Part shown: positions 28,063-36,801 of the stretch, piece after piece
How positions within the stretch are numbered: the stretch's first letter is position 1
How the letters are laid out: each line of letters opens with the position of its first letter
Assembly (NCBI GenBank): GCA_041740975.1
Contig: JBGSKV010000088.1
Location: 33,734 to 97,733, forward strand
Reading direction: 5' to 3'
DNA: 64,000 nucleotides
Origin: Oligoflexales bacterium
GTDB lineage: Bacteria; Bdellovibrionota_B; Oligoflexia; Oligoflexales; JALZUQ01
Program-made: the position numbers and the translations under genes
The notes under the pieces: generated by a model
Told to the model about the DNA's origin: nothing
The model's input: only the letters and a program-made list of their open reading frames with translations
The model's database searches: none

Positions 28063-30462
28063 TCAGCGACACACCACATCACCAAAGTCAAAATAATATT
28101 CAATTTTCGCAACCACCGGAAGTTTGATTTCGCATTTCAAGTCTTGATCATGGATTCGCGCGACTTCACCCGACTTTAACTCGGCCTGAAAAGCGCCGTC
28201 GTCTTCTACGTAAAAAATCCCAGATTCCGTCACGACTTTGCGATTTCTGATAAGATTGCCTCGCGCATCTTTTAACCTACCAAGTGCAATAAAAATCTTT
28301 GAAATTCTAAATTTTGCAAAATGCACATGACCAGGAAAAAGCGTCACCGTCTCATCATGTCCATCGTAAGACACTAACGAAGATTTTGATGCAGGAGCAA
28401 CCCTTACATTATGGGCTTGATATGGCGCTAACAAGAACGCGACTGATCCCGTGCCTTTGACAGACTTCGTTCCCTGGCCATCAATAAAAATAATTGTCTC
28501 AGCTTTTTCATCGAAATTTTCAAGCTGCACGACGAGAGTACTTTCGCCAAGATCCGAAGGTCCGGTTGCAAACTCACCCTTGTTATTGATGATTAGTGAC
28601 GTCCCCAAACTCAACCTTCGGCCCGAAGTGGTCGTGAATGGCGTCTTATAAATACTTGTTCCAATTCCAAAGTCACCCCACCGTGTGCCATATTCGTATT
28701 CGCCAAAAAATCCATCGGAATAATTCTCGCTATCTGACCAGTCCAGCTGATGATTGACCGCAATTCGGCTGCCTAGTCCAGATCGCGAATGCATGTCTTG
28801 ATAAGAAAGGCCATTGCGAACGGATGTTTTTTGTTCGAAGTCGCCAAAACGTTCGACGGCCGAGTTGGTCAATGAGAAAGGGCCCCGCCTCGTCTGCCAA
28901 CTGAGGCCAATAAAATAGACTTCGTCTTTTATATCTTTTTGCACTCCCACTTCCGCATAGAGAGTGTCCTGACTATTCTCAATCAAACTGACTCGAGACC
29001 AAAGGGCATTCATTTTCTGAATGTTTTTTTGTTCTTCCTTAACCGTTATGTGCTGATACCGAACGTCAAACCAATCAAAACTCTTGGAAGCGACGAGGGA
29101 CAGTCGTTCGCGATTCACCAGTTTCGTATCACGCATAAAGGGCAATGGCTCTGTCGGATCAACCACTGTGTCGATGGGATACACTCGTTCTTGTTCAGTG
29201 GAGATAAGATTGGACCTTTCAAAATCAGCACTCAAATTCAAGCCTAGAAAGGTGCCGGAGAGACCTATGTTTAGACCCAATGAGCTGCTCTCACCCCAAG
29301 AGGTAGAGGCAAGAAGTAGTGTCTCTCGGTAAAAACCCGTAAACCCAAAAATATAAGTTTGGTCGTGCTGGTTTCCATAACTCGCAAACGTAAGGTCAGA
29401 CACTTCATTCAAGCGCGTTCGGTACTGCAGTTGATAGTGATACTTGTCTTCGATTTTGTAGTGCGTTCGATTTCTTCCGATATCCAAACTGAGCTGAGGA
29501 TTGCCACGAGGGACTAAATATCCAGACTTTGCATAGTATACGCGCTTCGTGCCATCAAGCCCGCCTACCCCCTCTATCACAACATCGACAAAGTAACTGC
29601 CTTGCGGAAATCGACTTGTGTCCACTTCCTGCTTACCTTGCGAAAGAATTTGTGAGTCGATCAACTGACCTTCTTTGAAAAAATTTACACGTGAACGAAT
29701 GGGCACATAAAGCTCAAAGCGGCTACCACGCATGTCATTTGAGTCAGAAAGTAGTAATTGTTCTGTTGCAATGGAAAAGCCAAGAATTTTTTGAGAGGGT
29801 GCTAGTAGTGCCGACGATGTTTCTAAATACCCGACAGATGAAACAATATCCTTTCGAACATAATTTAATTTAGCAAAATCAAGCTCTCGATAGACCTCGT
29901 CCTGGCTATGTTGCTGAGACTCTCTGTATAACAACGAAAAGTCACCGATGCCATAAGACGAGCTCAGATTGTAACTGTAAACTTCCTCCCCTAAAGCATC
30001 TTGTGAAATAATGATCCGGGGCGAAATCTTGAATGCACCGACGTGATTCGATTGAACAATGTAGCTCGTGACGGAAGTGGATTTATTCTTAAAGAATTTT
30101 TCATTCAATAAAACACGCACTTGAAAGCTATTCACATCGATTTGCAGACTTCCCACATTTGGCAAAGTCCGTTCTTTGGCAATCACTCCACTAAAGAGTG
30201 GTATCAGTTCAGGTACCATTTGTGCGAAATCTACCTGTAAGAGTGAGACCACTTCATTGGGGTCCTCAAACTGGAGATCGCCTTGACTACTGTACTTAGC
30301 AGTCGCGATACCTTTATTATTTTCACCTAGATAAATATCGAAAGCGGTAAACTCATTCAGCTCCTGGGCTGAGACGTTAGTATACCCAGACAAGACGCCC
30401 GTACTACTCAGTAAACTTGCGAGTACCAGTCGGCTGATCGATTGTGAAAAAATCCTTATCAC
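28063..30462 (-). CDS. Fimbrial outer-membrane usher (TcfC/EcpC/CS1-like)
   Basis: 799 aa beta-rich; V...K.GQLIDSQ.L..G.Q.VDTS.FP.GSY.V; C-terminal GRL.D..G...D.G.F and Cys pair; follows the chaperone. Confidence 0.85.
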   Translation of the reverse strand: MIRIFSQSISRLVLASLLSSTGVLSGYTNVSAQELNEFTAFDIYLGENNKGIATAKYSSQGDLQFEDPNEVVSLLQVDFAQMVPELIPLFSGVIAKERTLPNVGSLQIDVNSFQVRVLLNEKFFKNKSTSVTSYIVQSNHVGAFKISPRIIISQDALGEEVYSYNLSSSYGIGDFSLLYRESQQHSQDEVYRELDFAKLNYVRKDIVSSVGYLETSSALLAPSQKILGFSIATEQLLLSDSNDMRGSRFELYVPIRSRVNFFKEGQLIDSQILSQGKQEVDTSRFPQGSYFVDVVIEGVGGLDGTKRVYYAKSGYLVPRGNPQLSLDIGRNRTHYKIEDKYHYQLQYRTRLNEVSDLTFASYGNQHDQTYIFGFTGFYRETLLLASTSWGESSSLGLNIGLSGTFLGLNLSADFERSNLISTEQERVYPIDTVVDPTEPLPFMRDTKLVNRERLSLVASKSFDWFDVRYQHITVKEEQKNIQKMNALWSRVSLIENSQDTLYAEVGVQKDIKDEVYFIGLSWQTRRGPFSLTNSAVERFGDFEQKTSVRNGLSYQDMHSRSGLGSRIAVNHQLDWSDSENYSDGFFGEYEYGTRWGDFGIGTSIYKTPFTTTSGRRLSLGTSLIINNKGEFATGPSDLGESTLVVQLENFDEKAETIIFIDGQGTKSVKGTGSVAFLLAPYQAHNVRVAPASKSSLVSYDGHDETVTLFPGHVHFAKFRISKIFIALGRLKDARGNLIRNRKVVTESGIFYVEDDGAFQAELKSGEVARIHDQDLKCEIKLPVVAKIEYYFDFGDVVCR

Positions 30463-31150
30463 CGTTGAACGTATCCCTTTGTATTTTGATCGCGCCTTTT
30501 CCTGCAGGTGCCTTGAAGTTCTTGCCAGCGTAAATTCGCCCGCCTATCTTGGATTTCTCGCAGGTTGCATCTTTGACATCACATGCGGTCAAAACAAGGT
30601 TGACGTTGCCCGTATTCCTGATGATGTAATCACTTCCCACCTTAGACCAACTGATTTCCTGTTTCGTTCCGAATGGTGGAGCGAAGACCAGGATTCCGGA
30701 GCCCAGTAGTACTGTTAGGTTAATGGATTTTTTACCATCTTCCACTTTTTGGTTTGCTGAACCTCCGGTACTGGAAGTGGGCCGGAAAATAACTCTGTAA
30801 ACCTCTTCCGTATGTATCACTTTGCTCTTAAGCAGGAGCCGAACAACTCGTTTTTCCTTTGGCTTCATCACAAACTTTTTGGGAGAAACGATGACACTTG
30901 AGTTCTTGTCCAACTTTTCTGGTTTGTCGCCGGGATTGAGGACTTTCACAGATTCGGTTTCGACTTCCACTGTCCTATCTGTATAGATGTTTTGAACTTG
31001 AACATTTAGCACAGGCGCCGCACCAGCCTCGAATCGATAGAAAAAATCATCCGGCATGACTTGAGCGTAGGAGATGTTGGCCTGCATCCAAAGTCCCCAG
31101 AAAATAAATATAGAAATCATCAGCTTTAGAAGACTATGCAAAGTCATCAC
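30404..31150 (-). CDS. Periplasmic pilus chaperone
   Basis: Signal peptide; IVSPKKF.MKP.EKRVVRL, EEVYRVIF.P, IRNTGNV. Confidence 0.88.
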   Translation of the reverse strand: MMTLHSLLKLMISIFIFWGLWMQANISYAQVMPDDFFYRFEAGAAPVLNVQVQNIYTDRTVEVETESVKVLNPGDKPEKLDKNSSVIVSPKKFVMKPKEKRVVRLLLKSKVIHTEEVYRVIFRPTSSTGGSANQKVEDGKKSINLTVLLGSGILVFAPPFGTKQEISWSKVGSDYIIRNTGNVNLVLTACDVKDATCEKSKIGGRIYAGKNFKAPAGKGAIKIQRDTFNGDKDFFTIDQPTGTRKFTE

Positions 31151-31158
31151 TCCTCCGG

Positions 31159-31614
31159 TTAGGGTTGCAGTAAAACGGTTAATAGACCTGTATAAGTAGC
31201 CGCTTCTGCGGCCGATAAATTAGCATTGGTAAATGTCACACGCATCTGCGCATTCGTTCCGCCGCCACAATTTGTGGATGTCGTATTTGCATTATTTCGG
31301 GCTCGAGCTACACCCGTCGTTAGATTAGCGAAAGCTCCGCTTGATCCGGCGAAAGCCACGGCAAAATTGATAAAGAGCGCACCGCTCGTGACTCGAAACG
31401 CCCCTCCAGGACCAGAGCCTGTAACGGTTACACTGTAAGCGGTACCTGCGGAATTATAAATACATATAGGATCTGCTAAGACTAAGTTTCCTGATCCCGG
31501 CCATGCCGGCATATTAAAGTCGTTCATGTTGCTGATGCGAACAGGCGCGGGACTGGATGTCGAAGCCAGCAGCGAAACTAAAATTCCTAAATATTTCAAT
31601 CTATTCATGTTCAT
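31159..31614 (-). CDS. Minor fimbrial subunit with a Cys pair
   Basis: Signal peptide; ICIY...YSVT.TGSG.GGAF...NC...YTGLLTVLLQP. Confidence 0.75.
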   Translation of the reverse strand: MNMNRLKYLGILVSLLASTSSPAPVRISNMNDFNMPAWPGSGNLVLADPICIYNSAGTAYSVTVTGSGPGGAFRVTSGALFINFAVAFAGSSGAFANLTTGVARARNNANTTSTNCGGGTNAQMRVTFTNANLSAAEAATYTGLLTVLLQP

Positions 31615-31620
31615 ACTTTC

Positions 31621-32178
31621 TCACTCTGGCGCAAATACAAGAGTTATGATTCCCGTATAAGCGCCCGAATCGACTGACTGCAAATCGGCTTGTAAAATTT
31701 CAATACTGAGATTGGCATTATTCGTATTCGACGATAGTGGCTTTGACGCATTCGCTTGAGCCGTGAGTGGAACTGTTGCTGTTAGCGCAATACGACCCAC
31801 AATCCCCGTGGCGTCATTAAAATAGGCATTATATGCCAAAGGAGTCGTCCCGTTGGTAATGGTAAAGGCGCTGCCCGTTCCGCTACCCGATGCCGTGACG
31901 CGGTAAGTTCTGGTAGCAGTGCCGTAATTTGTAGAAATTCGCAAATTGTCGTTGCGATTCAAATTACCATTGCCGTTATAATTTCCCATTGGAAAATTGG
32001 CGAAACTTCTAGCCCTAATCATTTTGGGAATAGTCATGAGCACGGACGCCGTACCGGTCGAGGTGGCGCCAACGACGCCATCGGAAGCCGCAAAGATCAA
32101 TGTCGGCAGCCCATAGAGAGTGACTGCAAGGTAAATCTTGAAAATCAATAGCGCTCCATGTTTAACGACGGCTATCAA
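31621..32178 (-). CDS. Fimbrial subunit (paralogue 3)
   Basis: ASDG..G.TSTG...IPK.IRARSFA...ISTNYG...YTGIITLVFAPE. Confidence 0.82.
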   Translation of the reverse strand: MIAVVKHGALLIFKIYLAVTLYGLPTLIFAASDGVVGATSTGTASVLMTIPKMIRARSFANFPMGNYNGNGNLNRNDNLRISTNYGTATRTYRVTASGSGTGSAFTITNGTTPLAYNAYFNDATGIVGRIALTATVPLTAQANASKPLSSNTNNANLSIEILQADLQSVDSGAYTGIITLVFAPE

Positions 32179-32278
32179 AGCAGCGCGAAAAAGTTTTTGC
32201 GATCATGCGTTAGAATTTTGACGCTTAGATAAAAGGATAGCGCAAACAGGAGAGTTGATCAAATTGTCATGTGAGTAT

Positions 32279-32806
32279 TTATTCTGGTGTAAAAACCATT
32301 GTCAATGTTCCCGAAAACACGCCAGCATCAACTGTTTGCAGGTTTGCGGCAAGGATTTCAATACTTAGGTTCGCATTGGCGGTTGCCGTGGCAAGTGGTT
32401 TTGCGGCACCAGCCTGAGCTGTTAACGGAACGGTGGTCACTAAGGCGACTCGACCAGCAATGCCTGTGGCATCGTTATAGTAGGGGTTATAGGCAAGGAC
32501 CGACACGCCATCGGTAATTGTAAAGGCGCTGGCCGTACCACTTCCCGTTGCCGTCACACGGTAGGTTCGGGCAGCCGTTCCATAGTTTGTGGATATATTC
32601 AGATCATCGTTCATGTTCAAATCACCAACACCCGTATAGGATCCGAACGCAAAGTCAGCAAAGCTGCGGGCCCGAATCAGTTTGGGAATCGTGACCGTGA
32701 TGACCGAGGTGCCTGTCGAAGTTGTGCCTATGGCGCCATCAGAAGCGGCCGTTGCGTTATTTGCCAAGAAAAGCAATGCGAAAATGAAAATCAACCTAGC
32801 TGCCAT
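32279..32806 (-). CDS. Fimbrial subunit (paralogue 2)
   Basis: Same motifs; ends FSGTLTMVFTPE. Confidence 0.82.
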   Translation of the reverse strand: MAARLIFIFALLFLANNATAASDGAIGTTSTGTSVITVTIPKLIRARSFADFAFGSYTGVGDLNMNDDLNISTNYGTAARTYRVTATGSGTASAFTITDGVSVLAYNPYYNDATGIAGRVALVTTVPLTAQAGAAKPLATATANANLSIEILAANLQTVDAGVFSGTLTMVFTPE

Positions 32807-32926
32807 GACGGTCTCCAAAGCTTTGTCATAAAAATTGCGAGATGAGTTCGTTGACGTTCTGTCGGCAAGATTTCAAGAATGAAAAGAAGATAATGCGGGA
32901 AGGCCTTTGGTAAAAATCAAATGCGG

Positions 32927-32970
32927 AAAAATGAAATGCGGCCAACCTCCGAAAAGATTAGCCGCATTTT
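32927..32970 (-). terminator. Hairpin with T-tract after the first pilin gene
   Basis: Minus strand AAATGCGGCTAATCTT-TTCG-GAGGTTGGCCGCATTT followed by CATTTTT. Confidence 0.65.
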
Positions 32971-32998
32971 AGAAAATTTGTTTTTTATTACAAGCCAA

Positions 32999-33520
32999 TT
33001 ATTCTGGTGTGAAAACCAAAGTAATTGTTCCAGTGTAGACACCAGCGCCTACAGCTTGAAGTGCGGCTTCCAATACTTCAACGCTAAGGTTGGCGTTCAA
33101 AGTCGCGTCAGCCAATGTATCCGCAGCGCCGCCCTGACCCGTCAGTGGCACACCGTTTGCTAGCGCAGCGCGACCAACGATGCCAGTGGCATCATTAAAA
33201 TACGCGTTGTACGCAATAAGCTCTGAACCGTCAGTCAATGTGAATGCGCCACCGGCTCCTGAGCCAGATGCTGTTAACTCATAGTCACCCGGTGAGTAGT
33301 TGGTTGAAATGTTTAGGTCATCGTTGCCATTCAAATCACCAAGACCAGAATAAGAACCAAGAGAGAAGTCAGCGAAACTTCTAGCAAGGATCAATTGTGG
33401 CAAAGTCAAAGAAATGTCAGATGAACCTGTTGAAGTCACACCGATAACACCGTCTGATGCACCAAATACCGCGCTTGACATGATCAATCCCAATCCAGCT
33501 GCCAATAAACGAATTTTCAT
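32999..33520 (-). CDS. Probable major fimbrial subunit (paralogue 1)
   Basis: First gene of the operon, signal peptide, GGGAG RBS; ends YTGTITLVFTPE. Confidence 0.85.
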   Translation of the reverse strand: MKIRLLAAGLGLIMSSAVFGASDGVIGVTSTGSSDISLTLPQLILARSFADFSLGSYSGLGDLNGNDDLNISTNYSPGDYELTASGSGAGGAFTLTDGSELIAYNAYFNDATGIVGRAALANGVPLTGQGGAADTLADATLNANLSVEVLEAALQAVGAGVYTGTITLVFTPE

Positions 33521-33587
33521 AGCTACGATCTCCCAAAAAAATCAAAAGACAATTTGTCAACATGACTAAATCAACCTATGGAATTTG

Positions 33588-33613
33588 AATCGGTGGGATT
33601 TCGAATCACTTTA
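33588..33613 (-). promoter_or_regulatory. Sigma28-like promoter of the pilus operon
   Basis: Minus strand TAAAG-N15-CCGATT. Confidence 0.5.
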
Positions 33614-33769
33614 AGCCTTTCCTCAAGAATTTTTTTATAGTAATTAAAATAGGAACTTGCACAGATTTTTCAACCCTAGCTCGCTATACTTTATTGAGTT
33701 TTTAACCATCCTTACTCTTTGACCAATCGATTTCGCGACCTAAATATCCAAAAATAGTAAGATTTTCGT

Positions 33770-33795
33770 TAAAGCCCTCCTAAAGCCACCGATAA
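33770..33795 (+). promoter_or_regulatory. Sigma28-like promoter of the OmpA-family gene
   Basis: TAAAG-N14-CCGATAA. Confidence 0.45.
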
Positions 33796-33838
33796 GTCTT
33801 TGGAAAGACTGACTGCGATCTCATCTCGCGTGGGTAGA

Positions 33839-35275
33839 ATGAACTTTTCTTATTTAAAAAAATCATTTGAGTTGGCAACTGCTCTCGTGGCTCTTTGCTA
33901 TGTTCCGCAAAGCTTAGCGCAATCAATGTCGAATCAATTGTTTCTGCCAAACTATTTTGATGGACCGCATCTTTCCATCGTTCCGGCCAATCCTCTTAAA
34001 GAAAAAGAATTGCGCCTCGGGCTATTTATAGATCGCGCGACAAACTCAGGTGTTCGCCAAATTCAACCCAATGAACCGAAAGACTTTCAGAGAAAACTTT
34101 CCAATCGACTTGACGAGACCTTAAATGGAACATTGTTTTCGTCCCTTGGTTTGACAAGCCGCTTCAGCATGGCTGCCTCTGCTTCTGTTATTTTAAACTC
34201 TGAGTACGACCGCGAAAACGAAGTGATCTTCGCAAAAAAAACTGGCCTCTACGATCTCGCACTGCATTCACATTTAAGCCTCGTAAATGGCACCACTATG
34301 CAAGCTGGCCTGCAAACCACCGTTGGTTATGACCTATCTATAGACAACCCTTTTGTCGGCGACGCCGTCCCACTTTATATTGACAACAAAATCTTATTTT
34401 CAAGTGCCCTCCCATTCTTTAATTTTGCTTTCAATGCAGGTGTTCAGTACAGCCCTGCCCGATCGACCGAAAGCGCTTACCCTGGTCTTGACCCTTACGG
34501 ATGGATTGGTTCTTGGTCGACTGGTATTGCCATCGGACACGATACTGCCAAAATCTTAGTGGAATATTATGGTCAAACTCCACTGGGATCGTATGGCAAT
34601 CCCACAGCCGGCATGCGTGTATCACATGAAACTTTTTTTGGCGTACGTCTTCATATGGGTTCTTACGATTTATATTTCGGTGAGGCATCTGAACTGCGCC
34701 ACGGCATCGGTACTGCGGACCTTAGGCTTATTGCTGGGCTTAGTTATCGTTTAAGCCTACCAAAAACATATCATTCAAAACCAGCGCGACAACCTGCTCC
34801 TGTTGCAGCAAAACCCATGCCTAAGTCAACTCCAAAAGTCGCTGCGACCGCGCCGAAACTCGTTCCCGTAGCGCAAATCAATCCACCAAAGCATAGTGAG
34901 CACACGGAAACTCTAGTCCTTTACGACATAAAATTTGCAACCAACGCCGCCAATATCATTCTCGATAAACAAACCACGATGGTTTTAAACGATGTCACCG
35001 ATTTACTGCGACGTCGGAAGCCATCGCTGATTTATATTTACGGTCACACAGATGATATTGGCGACTATAAAGTCAATGACGAACTTAGCCTGAAGCGCGC
35101 GAACTCGGTACGAGATCACTTGATAGCCCGCGGATTTGACAGTCGCTTCTTCCGCACGTATGGGTACGGTGAACGCATGCCACTCTACAAAAACACCGAC
35201 GAATATTCTCGCAAAAGAAACCGTCGCGTCGAACTTAAAATTGTTTCCACAGTCGTCAAAAGCTATGGCCACTGA
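33839..35275 (+). CDS. OmpA family outer-membrane protein
   Basis: Beta-barrel-like N-terminus, Pro/Ala linker, GHTD..G....N..LS.KRA..V, GYGE..P, RNRRVE. Confidence 0.9.
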   Translation: MNFSYLKKSFELATALVALCYVPQSLAQSMSNQLFLPNYFDGPHLSIVPANPLKEKELRLGLFIDRATNSGVRQIQPNEPKDFQRKLSNRLDETLNGTLFSSLGLTSRFSMAASASVILNSEYDRENEVIFAKKTGLYDLALHSHLSLVNGTTMQAGLQTTVGYDLSIDNPFVGDAVPLYIDNKILFSSALPFFNFAFNAGVQYSPARSTESAYPGLDPYGWIGSWSTGIAIGHDTAKILVEYYGQTPLGSYGNPTAGMRVSHETFFGVRLHMGSYDLYFGEASELRHGIGTADLRLIAGLSYRLSLPKTYHSKPARQPAPVAAKPMPKSTPKVAATAPKLVPVAQINPPKHSEHTETLVLYDIKFATNAANIILDKQTTMVLNDVTDLLRRRKPSLIYIYGHTDDIGDYKVNDELSLKRANSVRDHLIARGFDSRFFRTYGYGERMPLYKNTDEYSRKRNRRVELKIVSTVVKSYGH

Positions 35276-35606
35276 ACCCCGAACGTCAACAGCATTAGTT
35301 GATAAAATCGAAGCCTTTCACAATAAAATCTCAGATATTAATTTTATATGGCTGCCATTTTTATTTTTGAAGCCAAAACCTCAGCAGCAGATAGGTTTCA
35401 AAAGAATTATGGCCATGACCGTGTGCTTTGCGGCTTACTTTTATTTGGCTTTTATAGCCAAGAAACTAATTTTTCATGATACATTTGAGTTAACAAATAT
35501 TTTGTCAGATCTTCTGCTATTTAATTTAGGATTTTTAATATGGTTTTCTTTCGTCACCAGTTACTTCTGGAATCGTCGCGCACGTCGGCTCTCATTTTCA
35601 AACTAG
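35265..35606 (+). CDS. Small hypothetical membrane protein
   Basis: ATG at 35265 overlaps the OmpA stop; hydrophobic segments; W.PFLFLKP and WNRRARRL. Confidence 0.65.
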   Translation: MATEPRTSTALVDKIEAFHNKISDINFIWLPFLFLKPKPQQQIGFKRIMAMTVCFAAYFYLAFIAKKLIFHDTFELTNILSDLLLFNLGFLIWFSFVTSYFWNRRARRLSFSN

Positions 35607-36280
35607 TTCTCGCACTTAGCATTTTACCTACATTCGCTGCAGCTCAATCTAAACCAGAGACAGTCACATATAAAGCAGTAGCCACAAATGACAAAGGCAA
35701 ACTCGCTTACAATGAGCAGCATCTTGTCACATTTGAAAACGGCAAGATTCAGAAGTCGCACACGGATTACATCGGTGCAAATGGTAAAGTCATCGCTACT
35801 CTAATCTCAGATTATAGTAAGGGCGTCGCCTTGCCTGTATATGAGTTTCATGACCTGCGAAGCGGACACCGGGAAGGCATACGGTTTCAGGATGGAGGCT
35901 TTTTAGTTTATTTTTCGGAGCCTAAAAAAGCGGAGAAGTCCGCCCCCATCAAAGAAACCAAAGACGTCTTTGCAGGGCAAGGCTGGAACTACTACTTAGT
36001 CGATCACTTAGCCGATATTGAAAAGCAGGATTTGCAGTTAAAGTTGATTTTACCGAGTGAGCTGGATTCTTACACCTTTAAAGTGAGCAAAATCAAATCC
36101 AATAACGAGATTATCGAAGCCAGACTTGGTCTTAATAATTGGTTGCTGCGCTTGATAGCGCCTAATTTACGCTTGGTTTACAATAAAGCTCAAAAACGAC
36201 TCATGGAATACGAGGGTGTATCCAATGTTGTCGACGACGATGGCAAGAAACAAACCGTTACCATTCGTTACACATACTAG
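35540..36280 (+). CDS. Hypothetical secreted beta-rich protein
   Basis: Signal-like N-terminus; L.Y.EQH, D.RSG.REG, RLMEYEGVSN. Start uncertain. Confidence 0.7.
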   Translation: MVFFRHQLLLESSRTSALIFKLVLALSILPTFAAAQSKPETVTYKAVATNDKGKLAYNEQHLVTFENGKIQKSHTDYIGANGKVIATLISDYSKGVALPVYEFHDLRSGHREGIRFQDGGFLVYFSEPKKAEKSAPIKETKDVFAGQGWNYYLVDHLADIEKQDLQLKLILPSELDSYTFKVSKIKSNNEIIEARLGLNNWLLRLIAPNLRLVYNKAQKRLMEYEGVSNVVDDDGKKQTVTIRYTY

Positions 36281-36395
36281 TTCAGAGTTTCAAATATCGA
36301 GAAGCCAAGTCATCAATCTTGGCTTCCCAAACTTTTTTTTCACCTTTACTTAAGAAGGAAGAGCGAAAAGAATTTTTTGCAATTGTCGCCATGTC
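36177..36395 (+). repeat. Direct repeat copy A, 219 bp
   Basis: Aligns without gaps to 42044-42262; 10 mismatches counted by eye. Holds the 3' end of the 35540 gene and an orphan 3' end of add. Confidence 0.95.
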
Positions 36396-36493
36396 TTGAC
36401 ATATACGGAAGGGTTGGTGGAGAGCCTCCTACGCATTTATGCAGAGAATGCCAAATTCCGGGTACTCTCATTTATTGCTATGATTCCTCGCCT

Positions 36494-36538
36494 ATGGCCA
36501 GGAATGCAGCTGTCATGGTTGCCAGGAACTCACATCAC
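36494..36538 (+). pseudogene. Possible N-terminal remnant of a RAYT/Y1 transposase
   Basis: MARNAAVMVARNSHH is in register with the MARxARVVVPGxPHH start of RAYT-type proteins; lies next to a REP-like hairpin. Confidence 0.35.
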
Positions 36539-36612
36539 TTCTCTAGCGCTTCACAAAAAGTCATTTTGCAATTTGATATTTAGGTCTCTGGAGAAGCTGC
36601 TGCCATAATCAA

Positions 36613-36665
36613 GGGACACCCGACTGGACCTGAACTTTGTCAGCTTGGGTCCAGTCGGGTGTCCC
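36613..36665. repeat. Perfect 18-bp inverted repeat (REP-like hairpin)
   Basis: GGGACACCCGACTGGACC-N17-GGTCCAGTCGGGTGTCCC. Confidence 0.9.
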
Positions 36666-36801
36666 CGGAATTCCCATAAGCGGCAGTCATTATCGTAGAT
36701 AGTGCATAGAGAAAAGGTACAGAAAAGGTACGGACGCACTTTCGGCGATTAGCCATAAGTTTTTTTTATCAGAAGTAAATCCCTAACCATTTTCCCATTT
36801 T

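Noticed and set aside
31159-33520. Pilin paralogues as a DGR or shufflon system
   Set aside because: No reverse transcriptase or recombinase nearby; differences are ordinary codon-level divergence, not adenine-specific.
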